Assembly (NCBI GenBank): GCA_965207225.1
Contig: CBDBLV010000005.1
Span: forward strand, 1,984,001-2,048,000
Source: Dehalococcoidia bacterium
GTDB taxonomy: Bacteria; Chloroflexota; Dehalococcoidia; Plut-88900
Length of the DNA: 64,000 bases
Reading direction: 5' to 3'
Notes under the pieces: generated by a model
Seen by the model: the letters and a program-made list of their open reading frames with translations, nothing else
The model's database searches: none
What the model was told of the DNA's origin: nothing
Translations under genes and position numbers: made by a program
Shown here: piece after piece, positions 52,758 through 60,919 of the stretch
Layout of the letters: every line of letters begins with the position of its first letter
Position numbering within the stretch: position 1 is the first letter of the stretch

Positions 52758-53170
52758 CTGCAATTTTCGGTGGAACCGGCCCTTGACAGCGACCGGTCAC
52801 ATTTTTCGGCCAAACCCCCGAAATGTTGCATAAATCCAAACCTGCGTGGCCCGAAATGTCCGCTCCTGACCATGCCCCCATTTCGCGTCATGCACCCCCA
52901 CCTCAATTCCTGCAATTTCCGGTGGGCCGCCCTGGGCCAAAGACGCCGCCGACGCGCCGGTTTTGCTCCTCATAGACGCTTCAGACCCGCATCCGTACCT
53001 ACATCCCCCATGATCGGCTGACCGGTCAGGGTGGTAAGAGTGCAATTCCGGCGTCTCCGGAGCGCGCCCTAACTTTAGCACAGCTTCTCCCCAACCTGCA
53101 TTATTTGCCGTTGACCGGTCGAGGACGTTGCAGCCCGTTTCGTAGCTGAATCAGGGGAATATGACCGGTC
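52758..53170. repeat. Candidate origin (oriT/oriV) of element B with clustered repeats
   Basis: GACCGGTC x4 (52791, 53020, 53113, 53163); CTGCAATTTYCGGTGG x2 (52758, 52910); motifs shared with A at 52884-52906 and 53138-53157. Confidence 0.55.
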
Positions 53171-53259
53171 TCGGCTATTTCGAGGCCCCGCCGGAGGTAC
53201 AACTTGTACCGTTTTGCGCCCCCCAGACGCCAGGGAGGGCAGACAGCGTTGCATCGACG

Positions 53260-55089
53260 CTATCTATGTCCCCTCCTATTGGACGCCTCTACAGGACGGG
53301 TGGGACGCATCCGGTGGTACAGCGGGTCGTAGACGTAATCGCTCAGCTGGGACAGCCTCAGCCGGGGGGAGGACGGCGCCCACAGGGGGCGCCAGGACTC
53401 CCCCAGTATCCCCGTGGTGCTAAGCACAGGGATGCAGGACACCAGGACGGGCAGCGACATCCGGTGCATCCGGGCGGCGGTGCTCATGTAGGTCTCCTCC
53501 ACCTCCTCACTGTCCACGACGAACAGCGTGACCGGGTACGGCGGCAGGTCCTCTTTGTGCTCGTTGGACCAGTAGTAGTCTTCGTAGGGGTCCAGTCGTG
53601 CCATCACTCCCCTGGGGTGACGGGCTCTGAGTTCGTGCTCAAGGTAGAAGGGCACAGGATGGCCCTCGGCGACAAGATGCCCAACGGCGTCGGGGGCGAT
53701 GGCGGAGCGGCCCCAGTTGTAGGCCCGGTCGGACCTGGCGGTGGGGACAAGCCATACAAGCTCACTGTCGGGATCGGAACGGGTCTCAGATGCAAGCTGC
53801 GAGAGGAACCAGGTGATGCCGTCCGTGTGCCTCGTCTGCCTCGCCCACGTCTCGATACGGTGGCCTACGTGCCGAGGCCGTCCCTCTTTGTCCGTGGTGC
53901 GCTCCGTGCTCCAGATACCCCGCGTGGTGGGCAGCTCGGCCCGGTCCCGGTGGGTCACGTAGCGTATCCCCTCGTCGGACAGCGTGTAGCGAACCTCGCC
54001 CCGTTTGCCCCGGCGCTCCACGAGACCCCAGGTCTTCACCAGGCCGTGCATCATCTGGCTGACCCTTCCCTCGGAGACGCCCAGCCAGGTCGCCAGGTGC
54101 TCGCGGGGGATCATCGGGTGGTCGGTGATGAGGTCCAGCGTGCGCTTCTCAGCGGGGCTGAGGCCGAAGGCCGGCGCAGCCTGCGTCATCCGCTCAGGAT
54201 CGGGCAGGGAAGCTCGCTTACGCTCCGGCGACATGGTGAGGGGTCTTCGTCTCCTGCCAGCCGTGCCCCGGGAGATGACATCTTCCAACGTGTGGAAGAC
54301 GTTCCCAACCCACCCCGTGGTCTCCTGCCAGACCCGGCGGTTTCGTCGTTCTAGGGCGGTCCTGGACTCTACGGCAACGAAGCAGTCACGCAGATAGACC
54401 TGCTCGCAGAACCTCCCCGTCTGCCTCCGCTCCCAGACGCTGGGAACCAGGCTGAGAATGACATCGGGGCGGCGGCTGGAGTCGTAGTGGGCCAAGGCCC
54501 GTAGCCGGTCGCGGAGGGAGCGCCTGCGTAGGGCCAGGCCCTGGCGCACCACGCCGAAGTCCCGCCCGTCGTGGAGGGTGATGGTGGCGTCGAACCGGCC
54601 CCTGCGGTGGAACTCCACGCGGGACCGCAGGCCGTCCGAGCCGGGGGACATCGTGGCGGCGAGACGGTAGACGGCGGCCACGGCGTCCATCCTGCGCAGG
54701 AGCAGCGTCAGCCACTCCCTGGACATGGGGTAGGCCCGCACGAAGTCCGAAAGCGTGTCGTAGTCCAGCAAGTCGGCTGTCTCACGTATGCCCTTCGCCG
54801 TCAGGTAGTATCGTGCGCTTGACGGCAGGTGGACGGTGCCGTGGGTGACTCTCCCGACGATGCCATCGTCCAGCAGGCCGGTCAGGGCGCGATGGACGGT
54901 CGCGTGCGGCTCGCCCAGGACAAGCGCCAGCTCCGTCGATTCGACGAAGGGCATCCGGGCAAGTGCGTCGAGCAGCTGGTGGTCAGTAAGGACCATAGCC
55001 CCACGGTAGCGATTGAGCGTCCTGGTGGGCAACTGGGACGTGTCAGCGCCGCGCTTGGCACCGACAGACTGCTGAGAAGCCTGACTCAC
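53260..55089 (-). CDS. Replication-relaxation (Replic_Relax) family protein
   Basis: RHTDGI...IAPDAVG...FYLEHELRA; colinear homolog of 43297-44958. Confidence 0.7.
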   Translation of the reverse strand: MSQASQQSVGAKRGADTSQLPTRTLNRYRGAMVLTDHQLLDALARMPFVESTELALVLGEPHATVHRALTGLLDDGIVGRVTHGTVHLPSSARYYLTAKGIRETADLLDYDTLSDFVRAYPMSREWLTLLLRRMDAVAAVYRLAATMSPGSDGLRSRVEFHRRGRFDATITLHDGRDFGVVRQGLALRRRSLRDRLRALAHYDSSRRPDVILSLVPSVWERRQTGRFCEQVYLRDCFVAVESRTALERRNRRVWQETTGWVGNVFHTLEDVISRGTAGRRRRPLTMSPERKRASLPDPERMTQAAPAFGLSPAEKRTLDLITDHPMIPREHLATWLGVSEGRVSQMMHGLVKTWGLVERRGKRGEVRYTLSDEGIRYVTHRDRAELPTTRGIWSTERTTDKEGRPRHVGHRIETWARQTRHTDGITWFLSQLASETRSDPDSELVWLVPTARSDRAYNWGRSAIAPDAVGHLVAEGHPVPFYLEHELRARHPRGVMARLDPYEDYYWSNEHKEDLPPYPVTLFVVDSEEVEETYMSTAARMHRMSLPVLVSCIPVLSTTGILGESWRPLWAPSSPRLRLSQLSDYVYDPLYHRMRPTRPVEASNRRGHR

Positions 55090-55171
55090 AAGGAGTCACC
55101 TATGGCTAGTCGTGCTCGTAGCCAGCCCGCGCATGTCGTCTACGCGTCTCTTAGTTGAAGGCTTCTAGACG

Positions 55172-55202
55172 TTGAATCACCGCTACTTGAAGTATATACT
55201 TC
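55172..55202 (+). promoter_or_regulatory. RM operon promoter with perfect 14-bp palindrome over the -10 box
   Basis: TTGAAT-17-TATACT; GAAGTATATACTTC at 55189-55202. Confidence 0.7.
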
Positions 55203-55209
55203 CGAGTAG

Positions 55210-55416
55210 TTGGAAGGGAGGAGCAGCTTGAAAGGTACTGAAAATGGACAACGTGGAACTTTCCTGGTGACGGCGTATAGGTGTCGTTGTGGACACGAGT
55301 GGGTTCCAAAGAAACTGCGCAGCGCGGAACGTCCACGGGTTTGCCCAAAGTGCAAGAGCGCCAACTGGGACAGGCCCTATCAATTTCGGAGGGGAGGTGC
55401 TCCTAGCCAATCATGA
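55210..55416 (+). CDS. Small Zn-ribbon protein, candidate RM controller (start uncertain)
   Basis: YRCRCGHEW...VCPKCKSANWD; stop overlaps the MTase ATG. Confidence 0.65.
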   Translation: MEGRSSLKGTENGQRGTFLVTAYRCRCGHEWVPKKLRSAERPRVCPKCKSANWDRPYQFRRGGAPSQS

Positions 55417-56336
55417 GTACTCTTGAAGCACCCAACTCAGCCGACTTGGTGACTGTGGACAAAGGCCACATTCTTCTTGGAAACGCATTCGACTGGCTGG
55501 AGAAGGCCGAACGAAACTCGATTCACGCCGTGGTGACCGACCCGCCGTACGGGTTAGTTGAGTACTCGCCATGTCAACTCGAAAAGCTCCGCAACGGCAA
55601 CGGAGGGGTTTGGCGAATACCTCCGGCGTTCGACAACGCCGCCCGCAAGCCCGTTCCTAGATTCACAGTGCTAAATGACGACGACAAGGAGCGTCTTGAG
55701 GCGTTCTTTGATCGCTTTGCTGCCCTGCTGATGCCGGTCTTGGTTCCCGGCGCTCATGTCTTCATAGCGACCAACCCTCTAGTCTCCCACTTCGTCTATC
55801 TGCCCTTCGTCAGGGCGGGCTTCGAGAAGCGGGGAGAGATCGTCCGTGTGGTTCAAACCTTGCGTGGTGGTGACCGTCCCAAGAATGCACACGTTGAGTT
55901 CTCCTCTGTCTCGGTCATGCCCCGGTCCTGCTGGGAACCGTGGGGCCTGTTCCGCAAGCCATGTGAAGGACGTGTCCAAGACAATCTGCGCAAATGGAAG
56001 ACAGGGGGGCTTTCGCGTGTGTCCGACACTGAGCCATTTCGGGATCTCATTCAATCCTCTCCCGCTCGGGGACTCGAAAAGAAGGTAGCCCCTCACCCGA
56101 CGCTAAAGCCTCAAGACTTCATGCGGCAACTTGCACGAGCTTCTCTTCCGTTGGGCGAAGGCGTAATCCTTGACCCGTTTATGGGTTCTGGCTCTACGAT
56201 CGCGGCAGCTGCCGCTTGTGGTCTGGACAGCATAGGTATCGAGATCGACCCGGAGTACTTCAAGATGGCGCGTACAGCTATTCCTCAGCTAGCGAAGTAC
56301 GTCCCTAACGGAAGCAGGCATAATGGTCAGAAATGA
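55413..56336 (+). CDS. Beta-class N4/N6 DNA methyltransferase
   Basis: VTDPPYG precedes HPTLKP and LDPFMGSGST. Confidence 0.92.
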   Translation: MSTLEAPNSADLVTVDKGHILLGNAFDWLEKAERNSIHAVVTDPPYGLVEYSPCQLEKLRNGNGGVWRIPPAFDNAARKPVPRFTVLNDDDKERLEAFFDRFAALLMPVLVPGAHVFIATNPLVSHFVYLPFVRAGFEKRGEIVRVVQTLRGGDRPKNAHVEFSSVSVMPRSCWEPWGLFRKPCEGRVQDNLRKWKTGGLSRVSDTEPFRDLIQSSPARGLEKKVAPHPTLKPQDFMRQLARASLPLGEGVILDPFMGSGSTIAAAAACGLDSIGIEIDPEYFKMARTAIPQLAKYVPNGSRHNGQK

Positions 56337-56931
56337 CTGGTTCGATTCATCGGTGCCGCTTCCTCCAGGTCTAACTGTCGGCGCGATCCGCAGGTCTATA
56401 GACTATGTCGAGCGTGAGCTCGCGGAGTTGGTGGAAATCTACGACGAGCAAATGAACGTATTCAGCGCAATTGTCGGAATCTTCGGTACGCGAGCACTCG
56501 ACTCGGTCAGCAACTACGAGAAGCACAGGAACCTCGACACCGCCCAGCAACGGTTTCCCGATCTGCGTCGAAGAGGGTCCGGTTCGAACCCCACGGCCAA
56601 CGACTCATTGGAGAGTAAGGCAAGCAAGAGGCCGTGGGCGCTGCAATCGCATTTCGACCATCCTGGATGGTATATCGTCTGGCGATATCTTGTTGATCCT
56701 ACCGAGACGTTAGAAGCTGGCAGGCCGGTCATTGTTTGGCGCGTGGACGTCGCATTCATCGATAAGGAAGATTGGAAGTACGAATCGAGCAGCGCAGGAC
56801 CGGCGGGCGGAGGACGTACTCACACCTTCGGCCTGAATCGTCCGGCAACAAAATTGCGGGGCAAGGCTGTCTATCGACGGGGCGATGTCGCCCTAGTTGG
56901 TGGGAAGCCGATCCCTGCGAATGGCGACTAG
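56323..56931 (+). CDS. Putative type II restriction endonuclease
   Basis: FPDL...LESKAS PD-(D/E)XK-like motif; overlaps the MTase. Confidence 0.6.
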   Translation: MVRNDWFDSSVPLPPGLTVGAIRRSIDYVERELAELVEIYDEQMNVFSAIVGIFGTRALDSVSNYEKHRNLDTAQQRFPDLRRRGSGSNPTANDSLESKASKRPWALQSHFDHPGWYIVWRYLVDPTETLEAGRPVIVWRVDVAFIDKEDWKYESSSAGPAGGGRTHTFGLNRPATKLRGKAVYRRGDVALVGGKPIPANGD

Positions 56932-57133
56932 ACATATTGGATCAGGTGCCGAAGGTGGATGACCGAAGATGTCGCCGCGCTTTACGCCCAAGCCTAAGTT
57001 CGCAGCCATGACTTCGTGCACCAAGTTTAGGCCACCTTCGTCTCTCCTGGAATCTGGAAGCAACATCCGCCCGACAATGGGCATCCATCCACTTCCACCT
57101 AGCCTTGCCACTATCGGACCAGGAGCCGCCCCA

Positions 57134-59257
57134 TCACTCGCAGACCACGCCGTCGTTGTCGGCGTCGTTCATGTACTCGTATGCGGGATGTCCACGGCGC
57201 ACAGGAGCAATGCCGTGGTTGCGCGCCTCCGCGCAGGTGATGCGGCCGTTCCCGTTGTCGTCGTACAGCTCTAGGGCGTTGTTGACTGCTCCGTCTCCTC
57301 GCGCAGTAGCGGGGGTCGGTGTAGGGGCGGGAGCTTCTCGCACAATCATCTCAGTGGACGTGCAGCCCGACAAGATGCTCTCCAGGGCGTCACGTTCGCT
57401 TTCGTCGATGGTCAGGTGATATCTCTCCTTGACCTCGACGACGCGGTTCGCAAACCAGCAATGATTCAGGTCGGGGACCCATTCGGCGACATCCTTGCCG
57501 CTCTTCTGGTGGCGATTCACCGAGGGACTGGCCAGGGTGAGATTGATCAGGTCTGAGGCAAACCGTCGTCTCGTTGCGGAGTCCGCTGCGCAGAGGCCGC
57601 TGTCGTGGGCCTCGGAGCGTGCGACGATATGCTCGATATCGGTGTCCGACGTGCTATCGAACCAGCTTCCCGTGTATGGGCCGTAGACGATGCCTCCCAT
57701 GCTGTCAACGATTTCTTGCTCCACGGACTGGGGATAACGGTAGTCGTCAGCGTCATATGTCGAGCAGCGGTCTTCTGGCGCAACCACAAGCCCGCGCCAG
57801 GTACCCAGACGATTGTGGGCTTCTGAACCAGTATTGAGGTCAATTTCAAGGACGCAGCCGGTCTTGAAGTACTTGTCGGTATCGAGAATCTCGACGTAGA
57901 ACTGCCCTCTCGCGTTGTCTATGGCAATGACGTCCGACAACTCCCCCGACACTCCGCTCAGGCGAGTCCATGAGCAAGAGTCCAGCGCCCCAGTTCCCGC
58001 CATCCCTGCATATACGCCAGGTCGGATGTCTCGTCCTACGATGTGCGTGCCGATCTCAATCTTTGACAACGGCTCATCTGGTGTGGGCCAGTCATCAAGG
58101 TGGGTCATGGAGCAGCCGGTCTTGAAGTACTTGTCGGTATCGAGAATCTCGACGTAGAACTGCCCTCTCGCGTTGTCTATGGCAATGACGTCCGACAACT
58201 CCCCCGACACTCCGCTCAGGCGAGTCCATGAGCAAGAGTCCAGCGCCCCAGTTCTCGCCATCCCTGCGTATACGCCAGGTCGGATGTCTCGTCCTACGAT
58301 GTGCGTGCCGATCTCAACCTTTGACAACGGCTCATCTGGTGCGGGCCAGTCATCAAGGTGGGTCATGGAGCAGCCGGTCTTGAAGTACTTGTCGGTATCG
58401 AGAATCTCGACGTAGAACTGCCCTCTCGCGTTGTCTATGGCAATGACGTCCGACAACTCCCCCGACACTCCGCTCAGGCGAGTCCATGAGCAAGAGTCCA
58501 GCGCCCCAGTTCCCGCCATCCCTGCATATACGCCAGGTCGGATGTCACTACCGACCTCGTACGTTCCAGGATCGAATCCAGCTTGGATGGTGGTCATCGG
58601 CTCCGGTGTTTCCGTGGGGGTTTGAGTCGATGCTGGTGTCGGTCTCGGTCCCGGATTGACAGTAGGAGGGATGCTCGTAGCGGTGGGGTCAGGCTTCGGT
58701 GTCGATACTGGCTCAGAAGTCATAGAATCGGAAGTAGTTACTTCTATGCTGATCTCTTGGCCTTCCACCCCTCCTAAACCAATTGCTCTTATGCGGTACT
58801 TGTGCTCTTCGCCGCTTCTGAGTCCCGCGTCGGTAAACATTGCCTCCGATACGAAGTGATGCTCGTCAAGGCCCAAGAATACGTCTCGGGTCACTTCATA
58901 ACGTTCGACAGTAACCACATCGCTGTTTACTGGAGGTTTCCATTTGAGCGTGATTGAGTTCTCAGTAACACTGGCTACCTCAAGGTTCTGAATGACACCT
59001 GGAGGGGCGGCAGCAGAGGTGGGAGTGTCAGTCGATGCGGGCGTTGGCGTCACCAAAGGTGCCGACGTGGGGGTGTCAATCAGCGTGGGTGTTGGAGTTG
59101 CCGTAGGTGCCGGTGTGGAGGTGTCGATCGGCGTAGATTGCTCGTCGCTACATGCGGCCAGAGACATGACGAAAAGGACCACTACGAGGCTGATTAACAT
59201 CACCGGGCGGGCTCTCTCCCGTGACCGTGTACGTATCGACGCCTCAAGCCTCTTCAT
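57134..59257 (-). CDS. Lipoprotein: FN3, tandem repeats, DUF1524/HNH nuclease domain, Excalibur domain
   Basis: LAAC lipobox; YRIRAIG; DIEHIV...VNRHQKS; TCAEAR...DADNDGVVCE. Confidence 0.8.
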   Translation of the reverse strand: MKRLEASIRTRSRERARPVMLISLVVVLFVMSLAACSDEQSTPIDTSTPAPTATPTPTLIDTPTSAPLVTPTPASTDTPTSAAAPPGVIQNLEVASVTENSITLKWKPPVNSDVVTVERYEVTRDVFLGLDEHHFVSEAMFTDAGLRSGEEHKYRIRAIGLGGVEGQEISIEVTTSDSMTSEPVSTPKPDPTATSIPPTVNPGPRPTPASTQTPTETPEPMTTIQAGFDPGTYEVGSDIRPGVYAGMAGTGALDSCSWTRLSGVSGELSDVIAIDNARGQFYVEILDTDKYFKTGCSMTHLDDWPAPDEPLSKVEIGTHIVGRDIRPGVYAGMARTGALDSCSWTRLSGVSGELSDVIAIDNARGQFYVEILDTDKYFKTGCSMTHLDDWPTPDEPLSKIEIGTHIVGRDIRPGVYAGMAGTGALDSCSWTRLSGVSGELSDVIAIDNARGQFYVEILDTDKYFKTGCVLEIDLNTGSEAHNRLGTWRGLVVAPEDRCSTYDADDYRYPQSVEQEIVDSMGGIVYGPYTGSWFDSTSDTDIEHIVARSEAHDSGLCAADSATRRRFASDLINLTLASPSVNRHQKSGKDVAEWVPDLNHCWFANRVVEVKERYHLTIDESERDALESILSGCTSTEMIVREAPAPTPTPATARGDGAVNNALELYDDNGNGRITCAEARNHGIAPVRRGHPAYEYMNDADNDGVVCE
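57854..58546. repeat. ~2.7 near-identical tandem copies of a 258-bp (86-aa) unit
   Basis: GCAGCCGGTCTTGAAG recurs at 57854, 58112 and 58370. Confidence 0.9.
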
Positions 59258-59539
59258 TTAGACCTCCAACCTGAACCTCAACTGAAAGGTTCTTGATTTT
59301 GTCAAGTCTGGTGGACCGATGCTTTCTGGAACGGCCCTTGCACCAACTTCGGCGACTATACCGAACAGATCTTGGTACCCTTGAGGCACTCTGATGAAGC
59401 TGCCGACCTGCCCCACCTTATAGGTCTGCCCCCCGAATATGGACAAACCCGAGTCAATTGATTTAGCGAGGTGGACACTAAGGGTCGCGCCCGATACGAC
59501 TGCGATAGTGCCAAGATAGGTAGGATCACGACTAAGCAT
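59258..59539 (-). pseudogene. herA: herA 5' fragment (76 codons) fused in frame to the integrase B tail
   Basis: MLSRDPTYLG...VGQVGSFIRVPQGYQDLFGIVAEVGA...ESIGP then PDLTKSRTFQLRFRLEV*; start overlaps the SIR2 stop. Confidence 0.85.
59288..59317 (-). other. attL-type junction: herA left half + B attP right arm
   Basis: Minus strand GGT-CC-ACCA-GACTTGACAAAATCAAGAACC. Confidence 0.85.
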
Positions 59540-60781
59540 TTGGGGACTCCGCTGCAACTTGTGAGTCCTTGCTGCCCGCCGTATCCTCTGTTTCATCTTG
59601 CGCTGGGGAAGTAAGTCTATGTGCCTGCGTCAATGCTAGGAACCTCGCAAGCATAGCAAAGTCTCCTAGGAGAAACTCTCCAGCATGCCCATCGGAAGAG
59701 GGCTTCCAGAACGTCTGCTGAATATCTTGCCATTCCTCATTGGGGGTCGCACCTGACACCCACTGTCCCTCAATGCTATTGATGATGGCACCATCACGGG
59801 CGTAAACGCTTAGGTTGGGACGAGACCTCGCCATAGAGATGACCGTCTGTTCTTCATCAAGCACTCTGTATTGAAACGCGAAGATAGCTGAATGAGCATT
59901 GGCTGCCATTGCTTCGTCCAGCACAGCACAGATGTGAGAATCAAAGAACGAGAACCCAGTGCATATGAGGAGGGTGTCTGGAGTCGTCAAGAATGTACGT
60001 AGCCTTTCAAAAAGAGCGGAATACGGAAGCCGTGATACCTGGTCATATTTGAGGTGATCAGGATAAATCAACCCCGTCGCTTCTCTCCTTCCGGTTCTAA
60101 CCACCGTATCTCCAGACACTTCCCAGCCAAGAGAACCGTGAAGCTTCCACAGTAAGGACCATCGAGCCGGAAGGTCTTCGTTGGACACACTTGCGGGGTC
60201 AAAAACGGCCTATATGAACCACTAAAACCATCAAAGTAAGGGACTCTGGCCCGCTCAAAAGCCTCTTCCATCAGCAGATCGTAGTTTGGAGTAAACACCT
60301 CTATGGAATGTTTCCGACGAGTACCTGCAATCCAGGAGGCGACTTCCGAATAGGGATTAGGAGCATTCGGCAAGCTAGCACTGACACATCTTCCAATCTC
60401 ATCACAAATGCGCTGGGCCATTGAATCGTAGGCGGTCGCATCCAAGCCATGTACGCATGAGCTTCCGATAGCCTGCGCGAGTCTCCGAACCTGTGTTAGG
60501 ACGGTTTCAATGTTGATGGGCTCCTTTAGTTGGGGCTTCAGTTTGTCGATAACCTGGCGGTCTGTTTCACTCAATGCCTCAATAACAGAGTCGGTCAAGC
60601 CAGCTACGTCAGGCACTAAATCGTGACCACCGTGCTCAATAATCTGATTGTCTTGGTCTACACGAATGGCAGTCGGAGCACCAGCACCGATCAATATGCC
60701 GATACGTTTCCGACCCTGAGCGAGTGTCTGTCTCAGGTCGATCATATATCTATTCGGATTGTGTATAGTTACGTTCTGCAT
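59532..60781 (-). pseudogene. SIR2 family protein, frameshifted at a T5 run near 60201-60205
   Basis: LIGAGAP, FTPNYDLLME, KLHGSLGW, GFSFFDSH; one extra T gives RPFFDPASVSNED and ~416 aa. Confidence 0.85.
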
Positions 60782-60919
60782 CGCTTAAGCTCGAACACTA
60801 GGCAAGGGAATCACCCCCGAAAGCTTCTGAGGGCAACCCTATCGTCTGCGCTAGGGGAAAGAGACTAGCCAGCCAGCTTCTATCCCTGCCAAGACCTTGC
60901 CTCTTCAGTTCTTGTTGTA

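Larger units (their letters stand above)
48342..59317 (-). mobile_element. Element B: ~11 kb integrative, probably mobilizable element
   Basis: Cores GGCCCACCA/GGTCCACCA with complementary attP arms at the ends; integrase, Replic_Relax, two HTH core genes, RM and TA cargo; no T4SS. Confidence 0.85.

Noticed and set aside
57854-58546. Possible CRISPR or non-coding array
   Set aside because: In-frame 258-bp coding repeats without spacers
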